From an uncultured cyanobacterium (GTDB lineage: Bacteria > Cyanobacteriota > Cyanobacteriia > Cyanobacteriales > Xenococcaceae), in NCBI GenBank assembly GCA_963799375.1, contig CAWCWY010000005.1:21041-85040 (forward strand): a stretch of DNA of 64,000 bases, in the 5' to 3' direction. The position numbers and the translations under genes are program-made. The notes beneath the pieces are model-generated. The model was given only the letters and a program-made list of their open reading frames with translations. It made no database searches and had not been told where the DNA came from. Of this stretch, positions 40,691 through 51,117 are shown piece by piece (within the stretch, counting starts at the first letter, position 1; every line of letters starts with the position of its first letter).

Positions 40691-41137
40691 ATGGAAAGAG
40701 GATTGTTATGGCTACCTTTATTAGTCGCTTTTATTTGGTTGGCGTGGAGTGGTTGGAATGAATATCAAAAGCTAGAGGCTTATAAAGTTTGGGCGACAGA
40801 TTTTGATAATGCCAAATTTGATATTTACGCAGTTTTGGGTAAGAAAGGAAATAAGATTACTTGGGGAAAGCCGACCCGTAAAGGAATGGTGGAGTTAGAT
40901 AGTTTTTCTGTAGATGATGTAGAAGAGATTAATTTATTGGTAGGAGATGATGCGGTGGATTTAGACAATCTTCCCAACAAGGGTAAACCATATTTAGAGT
41001 TTACCTTTAACGATCCTACCCTCGATACGGCTAAACCGCGTAATGACAACGGACTGTCTCGCAAACCCTCTATAAAAATTCCCTTCACTGATATTACCTT
41101 GGCTGCAAAATGGCTTAACTATATATATAAGGGATGA
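40691..41137 (+). CDS. conserved cyanobacterial membrane-anchored protein with a 45-nt in-frame insertion
   Basis: MERGLLWLPLL...GWNEYQKLEAY..WA..F..AK.DIYAVLG. Confidence 0.8.
   Translation: MERGLLWLPLLVAFIWLAWSGWNEYQKLEAYKVWATDFDNAKFDIYAVLGKKGNKITWGKPTRKGMVELDSFSVDDVEEINLLVGDDAVDLDNLPNKGKPYLEFTFNDPTLDTAKPRNDNGLSRKPSIKIPFTDITLAAKWLNYIYKG
41019..41063 (+). mobile_element. 45-nt CCCTCGA...CTGTCTCGCA element, in frame
   Basis: Same termini as the 21234 and 51196 copies; removal gives FNDPKPSIKIPF. Confidence 0.7.
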
Positions 41138-42123
41138 AAAAAGATATTTATGGGATTATTAAGCCAAGTTCGATCGGTATTTTCATTTTATCTACTGCGA
41201 TCGCTTTATTTCTTACTCAAAATAAAGTTTTTAGTCAGGCTGATTTACCTTTAACAGACAAAATTAAATTCAAAGGAAAGATTGTTGAAGACAAAGATAT
41301 TAGTGCCATTGGCTTTGTCGATCAATATATTCTGATTGGAGCAGATGAAGGGAATACTATTCAGGTTTTAGAACCCAATAAAAAGAAATCAAAGTATCGA
41401 GTAGCTAGAAATATTAAGCTCTTAGAAAATGGAGGGAAAGCAGAAGTTGATGTTGAGGGAATTGCAGTTTTTGGCAATACTGTTTATGTGGTGGGTTCGC
41501 ACTCAAACCAGCAAGAAACTAAGTCAAATGAAAACAATCGCAAAAATGTTTTTCGTTTGCAGCTAAATCCTGATACGGGTAAATTAGAATCTTCAATAGA
41601 GAAAGAAAGCTTGCAAACAATTCTGTCGCAAGATAAAGTATTGAGTCAATTTGCGACTATTCCATACGAGCGAAATGGAATCGATATTGAAGGAATTGCA
41701 GTGAAAAAGGATCGCCTTTATTTTGGATTTCGCACGCCAATATTGCAAGGCAACTATGTTCCTGTAATAGCAACCAAATTTGAAGACATAAATCGCACCG
41801 ATAAGTATGAGTTACATTGCATCAATCTTGATGGTGGTGGCATTAGAGATATAGTTGCAGTAAATGAAGGCTTCCTGATTCTGGCTGATGTAGTGGGAGA
41901 TAGTGAAAGTGATTATCGGCTTTATTTTTGGGATGGCAGTGATGAATTATCAAAGTCAGACAAAACATCAGCCGTAAAGTTATTGAGCGAAATTCCTGCT
42001 AAAAAAAATACTAGAGCAGAAGGATTGACAATTCTAATGGAGACAGACTCAAGCTATCGTATTTTAATAGTTTACGACGGGGTAGCAGAAGGAAATCCCA
42101 CTACATTTGAAATTCAGAAATAA
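41134..42123 (+). CDS. DUF3616 secreted protein
   Basis: EVDVEGIA, VVGSHS, GIDIEGIA, LYFGFRTP, GIRD, AEG. Confidence 0.75.
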   Translation: MKKDIYGIIKPSSIGIFILSTAIALFLTQNKVFSQADLPLTDKIKFKGKIVEDKDISAIGFVDQYILIGADEGNTIQVLEPNKKKSKYRVARNIKLLENGGKAEVDVEGIAVFGNTVYVVGSHSNQQETKSNENNRKNVFRLQLNPDTGKLESSIEKESLQTILSQDKVLSQFATIPYERNGIDIEGIAVKKDRLYFGFRTPILQGNYVPVIATKFEDINRTDKYELHCINLDGGGIRDIVAVNEGFLILADVVGDSESDYRLYFWDGSDELSKSDKTSAVKLLSEIPAKKNTRAEGLTILMETDSSYRILIVYDGVAEGNPTTFEIQK

Positions 42124-42365
42124 ATCTGGTGCGCTGGAATGCTACTAAAAATTTCTACAACATATTTCCCCGTATATAGCGATAATTTGCAAGGAAGTCC
42201 TTGAAGATCGTTAAGTTTATTCATGTTTTTTTACGTATTTGTATGGAGATCGGCGAAAAGCAAAGGACTTCGCTAAAGTAACAGTAGCTTGTAATTTTAA
42301 AAGATTACAGCTTATAGCTATAACAGTATTACTATCGATTCGATCTTTAAAATAAGCAAAATATT

Positions 42366-43223
42366 ATGAGTAATAACTTATATCAAGATATTCGAGAATT
42401 TTATGATGCTTCTAGTGGACTCTGGGAGCAAATTTGGGGCGAGCATATGCACCACGGTTACTATGGCAAAAATGGTAACTACAAGCTCGATCGCCGTCAA
42501 GCTCAAATAGAATTAATTGAAGAGTTATTGCTGTGGAGCGATTGCAATAGCGATAATCCTCCTGAAAATGCGCTCGACGTTGGCTGTGGTATTGGTGGCA
42601 GCACTCTGCACTTAGCCGAAAAGTTTGGCTGCAACGCTACAGGGATTACTCTCTCTCCAGTACAGGCATCAAGAGCAAAGGAAAGAGCAAAAGAAGCGGG
42701 TTTGGATAGCAAAGTCAACTTTGAGGTGGCTAATGCTTTAGATATGCCTTTTGCCGATAATACCTTTGATTTGGTATGGTCGTTGGAAAGTGGCGAACAT
42801 ATGCCAGATAAGGCTAAATTTTTAGCTGAATGCTATCGCGTCTTAAAACCAGGAGGAAAGATGATTTTTGCTACTTGGTGTCATCGGGAAACTGATTCTT
42901 TGGCGGGGGATTTAACCAAGAGTGAAATTGCTCATCTCAAAGAGATCTATCGAGTGTACTGTTTGCCTTATGTAATTTCTTTATCTGAGTATAGAGCGAT
43001 CGCAACTGAATGTGGTTTTAAAGATTTAAAAGAAGATGATTGGTCAACTGCGGTTGCGCCTTTTTGGGATGTAGTAATTGATTCTGCCATTACACCTCAA
43101 GCAGTTGTGGGTTTGGCACAAGCGGGTTGGCAAACTATCCAAGGAGCATTATCACTTAATTTGATGAGTCGTGGCTATGACAGAGGATTGATTCGCTTTG
43201 GTTTAATTACTGCTACAAAATAG
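42366..43223 (+). CDS. gamma-tocopherol methyltransferase-like SAM methyltransferase
   Basis: FYDASSGLWEQIWGEHMHHGYY, LDVGCGIGG, WSLESGEHMPDK; adjacent to hppD. Confidence 0.85.
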   Translation: MSNNLYQDIREFYDASSGLWEQIWGEHMHHGYYGKNGNYKLDRRQAQIELIEELLLWSDCNSDNPPENALDVGCGIGGSTLHLAEKFGCNATGITLSPVQASRAKERAKEAGLDSKVNFEVANALDMPFADNTFDLVWSLESGEHMPDKAKFLAECYRVLKPGGKMIFATWCHRETDSLAGDLTKSEIAHLKEIYRVYCLPYVISLSEYRAIATECGFKDLKEDDWSTAVAPFWDVVIDSAITPQAVVGLAQAGWQTIQGALSLNLMSRGYDRGLIRFGLITATK

Positions 43224-43255
43224 ACAGCCTAGACAGTTACACTCTTTAGAATTTT

Positions 43256-44305
43256 ATGAAGATCGACCGCGTTCATTTCTATACTAGAGATGCAGCAAGA
43301 ACAAAAGACTGGTTTATTCGCAACATTGGTTTTAAAGCGATCGCTAGGGATACTAATGAACATACCCACAGTGAGGTGATTTCTCTAAATTCTGCTTGTC
43401 TGGTTTTTTCTTCGCCTTTAAATAGTAGTAGTCCAGTTGCTAGCTATCTTGATGCTCATCCTTCTGGAGTTGCCGATATCGCCTTTCGCGTCAATAACAT
43501 TCAATCGATTATCGATCGGGCAAGGGGTTTGGGCTTAAAGATTTTACAACCTCTTCAGACTTTAAAATCATCTCAGGGTGAATTTAAACAGGCTCAAATT
43601 CAAGGATGGGATTCTTTACGACATACCCTGATTGAAGAAACGATTGGCGATTTGGATTGTGGTTTATCTAAAGGAACAACTGTAGATTCTGCTGATTCTC
43701 AAATTACCGATATCGACCATGTTGTACTTAATGTGCCTGTTGGTAAACTAAATTCAGCGGTCGCACTATATCAGGCTTTGTTTGGGTTTAAGATTCAGCA
43801 AAGTTTTAATATTAAAACCAAAACATCAGGATTATATAGTCAGGCTTTGATTGATGAAAGTGGCAAAGTTCAATTTAACATCAATGAACCTACTTCCAAT
43901 AATTCCCAAATTCAAGAATTCATCGATTTAAATGGCGGATCGGGAATTCAACATTTAGCATTGCGATCGCAAAATCTAATTAAAGATGTGGCTCGAATGC
44001 AGAGAAATGATGTTGCTTTTCTCCGTATTCCCCAATCCTATTATCAGCAGCTAGACAGTGCTTTAAGTTTGAATTCTGAAGAGCATAAAGCGATCGCGCT
44101 AAAGCATATTTTAGTCGATCGCGATCGCGCTAATCCTCAATCTTTGCTAATGCAAATTTTTACCCAACCTATTTTTGAACAGCCTACTTTCTTTCTGGAA
44201 TTTATTGAACGAAGACACCAAGCTCAAGGTTTTGGTCAAGGTAATTTTAAAGAGCTATTTGCAGCAGTTGAAAGAGAACAAACTAAACCCAATCCCATTT
44301 TCTAG
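43256..44305 (+). CDS. hppD: 4-hydroxyphenylpyruvate dioxygenase
   Basis: IDHVV, INEP...SQIQEF, GIQHLAL, QIFT.P, FFLEFIER, GFGQGNF. Confidence 0.92.
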   Translation: MKIDRVHFYTRDAARTKDWFIRNIGFKAIARDTNEHTHSEVISLNSACLVFSSPLNSSSPVASYLDAHPSGVADIAFRVNNIQSIIDRARGLGLKILQPLQTLKSSQGEFKQAQIQGWDSLRHTLIEETIGDLDCGLSKGTTVDSADSQITDIDHVVLNVPVGKLNSAVALYQALFGFKIQQSFNIKTKTSGLYSQALIDESGKVQFNINEPTSNNSQIQEFIDLNGGSGIQHLALRSQNLIKDVARMQRNDVAFLRIPQSYYQQLDSALSLNSEEHKAIALKHILVDRDRANPQSLLMQIFTQPIFEQPTFFLEFIERRHQAQGFGQGNFKELFAAVEREQTKPNPIF

Positions 44306-44420
44306 ATTTAGTAATTAGCATGAATACAAAAAGATTTTGTTTAATTCTTGAAGCACAGGACTGAATAATTGTTCGCCAATCGTTGATAATTAATTAGTGA
44401 CGTTCGTAGCAAGAAAATTA

Positions 44421-45656
44421 ATGGCAACAATTAACGACAACTATCTCAAATTAAAGGCAGGATACTTATTCCCTGAAATTGGTAGAAGAGTCAGTGCTTA
44501 CGGGGCAGATAACCCTGATGCACCAATCATCAAATTAGGTATTGGCGATGTCACCGAACCCTTACCTGCTGCCTGTCGCGATGCAATTATCGAAGCGACT
44601 AAAGAAATGGGCGATCGCTCTACTTTTAAAGGTTATGGACCAGAACAGGGATATCTGTGGTTAAGAGACAAAATCGCTCAACATGACTTTCAATCTCGCG
44701 GTTGTGATATTGATGCTTCAGAAATCTTTATCTCAGACGGTTCTAAATGCGATTGCGGTAATATTCTCGATATTTTTGGCAAGGATAATAAAATTGCCGT
44801 TACCGATCCTGTATATCCCGTGTATGTCGATACTAACGTCATGGCAGGACATACAGGAGATGCAGACGAAAGTGGTAAATACGAAGGATTAGTTTATCTG
44901 CCTATCAGTGCGGATAATGATTTTACTGCTCAAATCCCCAGTGAAAAGGTAGACTTAATCTATCTCTGTTTTCCTAATAATCCTACAGGGGCGACTGCTA
45001 CCAAAGAACATCTCAAAGCTTGGGTAGACTATGCCAAACAACATGGCTCTTTAATCCTGTTTGATGCAGCTTACGAAGCTTTCATCACTGATCCAGATTT
45101 ACCCCACTCTATTTATGAAATAGAGGGTGCAAAAGACTGTGCGATCGAATTTCGTTCTTTTTCCAAGAATGCAGGATTTACAGGTACTCGTTGCGCTTTA
45201 ACCGTAGTTCCCAAAGGTCTTACAGGTAAAGCCAAAGATGGTTCGGATGTAGAATTATGGCAACTGTGGAATCGTCGTCAAGCGACCAAATTCAACGGCG
45301 TATCCTATATTGTGCAAAGGGGTGCAGAAGCAGTTTATTCAGAAGCGGGACAAAAGCAAACCAAAGAATTAATCGCTTTCTATTTAGAAAATGCCAAAAT
45401 TATCCGCGAACAGCTAACCGCAGCAGGAATCAAAGTATATGGAGGCACAAACGCTCCTTATGTATGGGTGAAAACTCCCAACGGCTTATCTAGCTGGGAC
45501 TTCTTTGATAAATTGTTGTTTAACTGCAACGTAGTCGGTACGCCTGGATCTGGTTTTGGCGCAGCAGGGGAAGGTTATTTCCGTATCTCTGCATTTAATA
45601 GTCGAGACAATGTTAACGAGGCGATGAAACGGATTACGGAGAAGTTTAAAGCTTAG
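44421..45656 (+). CDS. dapL: LL-diaminopimelate aminotransferase
   Basis: [41 protein letters not shown]. Confidence 0.95.
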   Translation: MATINDNYLKLKAGYLFPEIGRRVSAYGADNPDAPIIKLGIGDVTEPLPAACRDAIIEATKEMGDRSTFKGYGPEQGYLWLRDKIAQHDFQSRGCDIDASEIFISDGSKCDCGNILDIFGKDNKIAVTDPVYPVYVDTNVMAGHTGDADESGKYEGLVYLPISADNDFTAQIPSEKVDLIYLCFPNNPTGATATKEHLKAWVDYAKQHGSLILFDAAYEAFITDPDLPHSIYEIEGAKDCAIEFRSFSKNAGFTGTRCALTVVPKGLTGKAKDGSDVELWQLWNRRQATKFNGVSYIVQRGAEAVYSEAGQKQTKELIAFYLENAKIIREQLTAAGIKVYGGTNAPYVWVKTPNGLSSWDFFDKLLFNCNVVGTPGSGFGAAGEGYFRISAFNSRDNVNEAMKRITEKFKA

Positions 45657-45703
45657 GTTTTTAATAAAGCTATTAGCTATAAGCTTTTAGCCATTAGCTT
45701 TAT

Positions 45704-45736
45704 AAGAGATCGCTTTTGAATCAAAAGCGATCTCTT
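45704..45736 (+). terminator. long hairpin after dapL
   Basis: AAGAGATCGCTTTTGA-a-TCAAAAGCGATCTCTT followed by a T-rich tract. Confidence 0.65.
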
Positions 45737-45829
45737 TCTTGTATTTAATTCTCTGTCTATAGTAGGTGTTTGTTTGAAGTTTTTTTGCCTAATTTAAGTT
45801 ATAGACACTATATATTCATTTATCTTTTA

Positions 45830-46876
45830 ATGATTACCGATACTAAAACTACTAGCAAAAAAACCTTACTTTGGCTACCCAAACAAGTCTTAGTTACCCC
45901 CCCTGCTTATGATGAACCTTGGGGACAACAAATTATTGATCGCGTCAAAAGCTTTGATATTCCCGTTCACAAACTATCTCAAAATAGGATAACTGGACTG
46001 CGGGGGGAAAATGAACGAGAAACCTATGCGATCGCAAAAAACACTTTGGCAATTGTCAATGCTCCTGCTGGTCAACTAAAATTAACTCCTATTCCTCCTT
46101 CTGCCGACTGGCAATTCCATTTAGCTCAAGGTTGTCCCGCACACTGTCAGTATTGTTATCTTGCAGGAAGTCTTTCGGGTGTGCCTGTAGTCAAAGCCTA
46201 CGCCAATTTACCGCAGATTTTAGCTAATTTGAGTAATTATGAACAGAAAGATCAAACCACCTATGAAGTGAGTTGTTATACCGATCCGTTGGGGATAGAG
46301 CATTTAACTGGTAGCTTGGCTGAATGTATTCGTTACTTTGGCACAAGGGATAAAGCCTATTTGCGTTGGGTAAGTAAGTTCGATCGCGTAGAATCTTTAT
46401 TAGATTTACCCCATAACAAGCACACTCGCTGTCGTATTAGCGTTAATGCTGACCCTATAAGTCACTCGATGGAAGGGGGAACAGCTACAGTAGAAAACAG
46501 GCTAGAGGCTTTACGTAAGCTAGCTTTAAATGGTTATCCTGTGGGTATCGTTATTGCTCCAATTATGGCGATCGCAGATTGGCAACATCACTATACTGAG
46601 TTATTTAATCAAATTGAACAGGCGATTAATATTGAATGCGACTTGACTTTTGAACTAATTACGCACCGTTTTACACCCAAGTCGAAAGAAGTATTGCAGA
46701 CATGGTATCCCAACAGCAAATTAGATTTAAGTAACGAAAACCGTAGTCAAAAGCGTAATAAATTTGGTGGAGTCAAATATGTCTATGAGCGAGATACGAT
46801 GAATGAATTAAAAGATTTTATTCAGACGGAAATAGATACACGCTTTCCCAAAGCAAAAATTCTTTATTGGACATAA
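45830..46876 (+). CDS. spore photoproduct lyase (SplB)-family radical SAM protein
   Basis: GCPAHCQYCYL, YEVSCYTDPL, LTFELITHRFT, KFGGVKYVY. Confidence 0.85.
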   Translation: MITDTKTTSKKTLLWLPKQVLVTPPAYDEPWGQQIIDRVKSFDIPVHKLSQNRITGLRGENERETYAIAKNTLAIVNAPAGQLKLTPIPPSADWQFHLAQGCPAHCQYCYLAGSLSGVPVVKAYANLPQILANLSNYEQKDQTTYEVSCYTDPLGIEHLTGSLAECIRYFGTRDKAYLRWVSKFDRVESLLDLPHNKHTRCRISVNADPISHSMEGGTATVENRLEALRKLALNGYPVGIVIAPIMAIADWQHHYTELFNQIEQAINIECDLTFELITHRFTPKSKEVLQTWYPNSKLDLSNENRSQKRNKFGGVKYVYERDTMNELKDFIQTEIDTRFPKAKILYWT

Positions 46877-47106
46877 ATAATGAATACTATGTAAAAGAAT
46901 TAATTAAATTGAATATTGCGATTGAATTGCTAAAGTCATTTTTTTATGTCCTCTGATATTTACTTGTGTAGTTATTTATTTCTGGCAAAAATCGGGGTAT
47001 TAAAAAAGCGTTTAATCTATAACTTATATATTCAAACTCGCCAAATACAAATACAAATACTTATGGCGAGTCGTCGATATTATTCAATCGATATTTATGA
47101 CTGAGA

Positions 47107-47352
47107 TTATATAGTCATGATTTGTACTAATTCTCTCAAATCCGATAGAGCAGCTTCTAGAGGTTCATCTATAGTTCTTTCATAGGATTCGAGTAGAATT
47201 TCCATTCTAGTCCAGTCCTGGTCTGTTCTATTAGTTTTGACATTAATATCCCAGAGAATATTAGTCAACTCTCTAGCTCTTGCTACTTGTTCTAAATTAT
47301 CAATAGCACCAATAATCAACGACCATAGTCGTTCTCTATCATGATATGTCAC
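47107..47352 (-). CDS. small helical hypothetical protein; paralog of 31283..31531
   Basis: Full-length alignment with 31283..31531; GGAG RBS upstream of a GTG start. Confidence 0.7.
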   Translation of the reverse strand: MTYHDRERLWSLIIGAIDNLEQVARARELTNILWDINVKTNRTDQDWTRMEILLESYERTIDEPLEAALSDLRELVQIMTI

Positions 47353-47605
47353 AGTATTCGATCTCCATACTAGCTTGTTCAGTTAGGCGTATTTATGCGA
47401 TCGACAATGTTGGTAGCACTTTGATAGTTGTTTCGGTAGTTTCTTCTATCAATCAATCGCTTGATACTTTCCTATTAAATTTAGGCGGTTTACGCCTTGA
47501 TTACTGCTATGCTCAGATATTTGAGATATTTAACTGCTATGCTTGAGTATTTGAGATACTTCATTGATTTTTTACATTTATGAAGTAGGTTTATTGTAAC
47601 AAATT

Positions 47606-47645
47606 AATGAAGCTGGTTGTTTTTAAATGAAGCTGGTTGTTTTTA
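47606..47645 (+). repeat. exact 20-bp tandem duplication
   Basis: aatgaagctggttgttttta x2. Confidence 0.85.
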
Positions 47646-47648
47646 GTA

Positions 47649-49100
47649 TTATCCATCCAAATCCCCTTCCATAACTGTTGAAAGAGCTTTTTGGGTATTG
47701 TCTTTAAATTCTTTGACATCAACACGATCCAAAAATGCGATCGCAAGTAACATACTCAAGGCTTGAATTACAAACACTAGACTATAAGACATCAAAGGTG
47801 TAGCAAAAATATTTTTGCCAATATCTAAAATCACTCCACCAATAAAAGTTGCCAAACCCCTAGACATTGCTTGGGCTAATCCCCACGCACCAATAAAAGT
47901 CCCTGCTGTTTCTGCTGCGGTGAGATCTAACATCAGATTAATTCCCCCAACAGTAGCCATTCCTGCTGCGATACCAAAGAATACCATTGCAGATTGCAGC
48001 ATTTTTGGTTGTTGAGTAAAGCCAGCCAGGATAATCAAGCCAAAACATAGCGCGACTGCAATACAGCCTATCTTAGTCGTATATTTTTTACCTAGAGTAG
48101 GAATGATTTTAAATCCCGTTACGGCATAACCAAACAAAATTCCCATTCCCCAAAAAGAGTTTAGTTTAGTTGTTTCACCGATACTCATGCCAAAGACTTC
48201 TCCTCCATAGGGTTCGAGTACAGCCTCCTGCATAAATAAACCGATAGTGAGAATTGACAAGAAGGTAAAAAAGATTCCAGTTTGGCGACTGGTAGTTAGT
48301 ACTTTTATCGCCCTGGCAATAGTTATGCTGTCTTCACGGTTGCTTGTGGTACTATTGCTAGCAAAACGAGAATATTTCTTTTCTACCCCTACAGTGGCAA
48401 CAAAAGCCAAAGCAATAACCAAAAAAGGTACAATGCCAAACACAGTATTAATTGATGGTTGCAAAGCTTCCAGGGGAATATTACCTGCGGTTACTCCTTC
48501 TGCTTCGATCTTCTTGAAGACTATACTTCCCGTAACTCCTCCAATCACAATACCTACCATTAACATCGACCAAACGATCGCAATTAATTTCGAGCGTCTA
48601 GATTCTTCGGTAATATCTACCAGTAAAGCAGTAAAAGGTGTCGAGCTACAGCTAACTGCTATGCCATAAATAGCCATGATCAGAGCTAAAACGGCACTCC
48701 AGCCAATAGTTTGAGCATTCCATAACCAGCCACCATTATCCCTAACTACTGCCCCCAGTTGCCACATTACCTGTACGGCTAAAAAGACGGCAAAACCAAA
48801 TATAGCTGTCCCTAAAAGTACATAGTTAGTACGATGTTTACCAAACAAAGGCTTGCGATCCGATAGTTGTCCAAACCATACCCTTGCAGGAGACACAAAT
48901 AAAGATGTGGCTAAAATTCCCCCTGTAATGGTTGCAGGAATACCAAGCTCACTAATCATGACTCGATTTAATACCGCCAAGGTTAGTACCGCCATGAGTC
49001 CCAATCCCATGTTGAATAAACCGAGACGGAAAATAGTTAGCATTCCTACCTGACGTTTCGGTAGAGCAATATTTGAATTAGATGGATTTTCAATAGTCAT
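47649..49100 (-). CDS. pucC: PucC / BCD-family MFS protein
   Basis: FRLGLFNMGLG, LNRVMISEL, WFGQLSD, LEPYGGEVFGM, AGTFIGAWGLAQA. Confidence 0.85.
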   Translation of the reverse strand: MTIENPSNSNIALPKRQVGMLTIFRLGLFNMGLGLMAVLTLAVLNRVMISELGIPATITGGILATSLFVSPARVWFGQLSDRKPLFGKHRTNYVLLGTAIFGFAVFLAVQVMWQLGAVVRDNGGWLWNAQTIGWSAVLALIMAIYGIAVSCSSTPFTALLVDITEESRRSKLIAIVWSMLMVGIVIGGVTGSIVFKKIEAEGVTAGNIPLEALQPSINTVFGIVPFLVIALAFVATVGVEKKYSRFASNSTTSNREDSITIARAIKVLTTSRQTGIFFTFLSILTIGLFMQEAVLEPYGGEVFGMSIGETTKLNSFWGMGILFGYAVTGFKIIPTLGKKYTTKIGCIAVALCFGLIILAGFTQQPKMLQSAMVFFGIAAGMATVGGINLMLDLTAAETAGTFIGAWGLAQAMSRGLATFIGGVILDIGKNIFATPLMSYSLVFVIQALSMLLAIAFLDRVDVKEFKDNTQKALSTVMEGDLDG

Positions 49101-49288
49101 TTATTTATCCTAGTTTTTTTTAGGGAAATATAAAAAAGATTTCATATAAATCAAGCATATTCTATTCGTGAAATCAGCAACAGCAAAGATTAAAGTTTTT
49201 GTCAGGCTAATTAATAAATATTTCCCTAACTGTATAATTTTTAAAATATAAGCGTATATATACGTAGTAGCTTTTATAATTTATTCTC

Positions 49289-49840
49289 ATGAAAAACCAA
49301 TATTTATTATCCTTAGCAACATCGGTGACAGTCACTCTTGGCATAATTTTCATTCCTGACAAACCTGTTATCGCAACAGATGTAGAATTTCAGTGCCTAT
49401 CAAACCAAGAAACACCAACTACTATAGCCAAAACCACTAGTGGTGCGGAGCAACCCATTTTTCATTGGAATCTCGATCCAGCAAGCGTTTCTAATACCCC
49501 AGAAGAATTGTGTAATTCCGTGACTCAAAAGCTCAATAACTACATGGCAGAAGGAAACGATTTATCATCTTTAACTTTCAACGCCTCGGTAGTTTTTAAT
49601 GATGATGAAGACATGACTAGCTCACCTGCTGTATGTGTATCGGGTGAAACTGAGCCATGTGAACTACCATTGTTTACTCTTGTCTCTGCTGATGAAGATC
49701 GAGATAATCAAGCAGTTGCTAGCACCGCTTTAGATTCAATTCTCGATCCAGCCTTACAATCCACTGCTGTTAAGCCTAAAACTAGAGGATTTCAATCAAC
49801 TAGTTATAAAGTCAATTTCTGGGATTTATTAGGATTGTAA
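49289..49840 (+). CDS. COP23-domain secreted protein
   Basis: FQC...PTT.A...IFHW...TPEELC..V..KL...PAVC...C...LFTL. Confidence 0.75.
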   Translation: MKNQYLLSLATSVTVTLGIIFIPDKPVIATDVEFQCLSNQETPTTIAKTTSGAEQPIFHWNLDPASVSNTPEELCNSVTQKLNNYMAEGNDLSSLTFNASVVFNDDEDMTSSPAVCVSGETEPCELPLFTLVSADEDRDNQAVASTALDSILDPALQSTAVKPKTRGFQSTSYKVNFWDLLGL

Positions 49841-49849
49841 AATAGTTAA

Positions 49850-51058
49850 TCACCGATTGTTTTCTAATTTTCTACTAGCCAAAGACATGGCGTAGCAGCA
49901 GATAAAATAAATCGCTGCTACAAATAAATATACTTCTCCGTAGCGTCCTAGATATTTAGGATTGGCAATAATTGATTGAGACATACCCAGTAAATCCGTT
50001 AGACCGACGATCGCCAGCAAAGATGTATCTTTAAATAAGGCGATAAACTGTCCTACCATACTGGGTATTACGGTTCTGAGTGCTTGGGGAAGAACAATAA
50101 AACTGAGGGTATAAACTGAATTTAGTCCTAATGCTTTGGCTGCTTCGGTTTGCCCTTTGGGAATGGCTTGTAATCCACCTCGAACGTTTTCAGCTAAATA
50201 GGCTGCACTATAAATTGTAAACCCTGCGATCGCTCTAATTACTCTGTCTGGACGGACATCAGGAGGCAATACTAAAGGTAGCATCACCTGCGCCATAAAC
50301 AGGATGGTGATTAAAGGGAATCCTCGCACCAATTCAATATAGGCGATCGATAGCCAACGAATTACGGGTAAATCGCTTTGTCTACCCAAGGCTAGCAAGA
50401 CTCCAAAGGGAAAACAAAGAACAATACTAACTACAGCTATAGGAATAGTTAACATCAAACCGCTAATGCGATCGAGCTTTACATTGTTGCCGTTAAGCAA
50501 CAGCCAGACATTTAAACTAAAGGCTAATAGCCATAATAAAGGCAACCAGCTACCAATACTGGGCAACTTCTTACCGATTTGTTTGCCAACCACAGCAGCA
50601 ACAATTAATAGTAATAACATTCCGATTAAAATGAGGCTGGATTTAATTCCCCCTGGGATAGCTACTGCAAAACAAGTCGCAGCAACAATTCCTAAAACAA
50701 TTAGAATACGTCGATCAAATAATTTCCTCGCTTCATTAGCAAATATGCCCCAAGAAATTCCCCCTAAACCAACAATCACTCCCAACGTTACCCAAGCACG
50801 CCACAAAGATTTTACGGGATATCGTCCGACAAAAAACAGTCGCCAATTAGCTTTTAATACCTGCCATTGTGCTTGAGTACTTGCCCAGATAATTAGATTA
50901 GAAACAACCCAATAAATCAACCAAAGACTAACTACAGTCAAAATGGAGTTGTACCAAGTACTAAAAAGATTTCTTTTAATCCACTGTCCAGGGGTAATCT
51001 TATTTACAGGAGGACGATTTCCTGGTTCAATATTCGCTACATTCATTTCATTAAACAT
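49850..51058 (-). CDS. polar amino acid ABC transporter permease (NatH/AapM-like)
   Basis: W.KRNLFSTWYNS, LALGRQS.LP, YIELVRG.PLI, AENVRGGLQAIPKGQ.EAA, FKDTSL. Confidence 0.88.
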   Translation of the reverse strand: MFNEMNVANIEPGNRPPVNKITPGQWIKRNLFSTWYNSILTVVSLWLIYWVVSNLIIWASTQAQWQVLKANWRLFFVGRYPVKSLWRAWVTLGVIVGLGGISWGIFANEARKLFDRRILIVLGIVAATCFAVAIPGGIKSSLILIGMLLLLIVAAVVGKQIGKKLPSIGSWLPLLWLLAFSLNVWLLLNGNNVKLDRISGLMLTIPIAVVSIVLCFPFGVLLALGRQSDLPVIRWLSIAYIELVRGFPLITILFMAQVMLPLVLPPDVRPDRVIRAIAGFTIYSAAYLAENVRGGLQAIPKGQTEAAKALGLNSVYTLSFIVLPQALRTVIPSMVGQFIALFKDTSLLAIVGLTDLLGMSQSIIANPKYLGRYGEVYLFVAAIYFICCYAMSLASRKLENNR

Positions 51059-51117
51059 TTATCCTCCTTCGAGGATGTAGTCATTAAACATTTATCATTG
51101 TCGTAGTTGTCCAATAT

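Noticed and set aside
42190-42272. Possible ncRNA or riboswitch (aagtcctt...aaggactt arms) upstream of the tocopherol methyltransferase
   Set aside because: Only a short inverted repeat; no recognisable RNA family motif.
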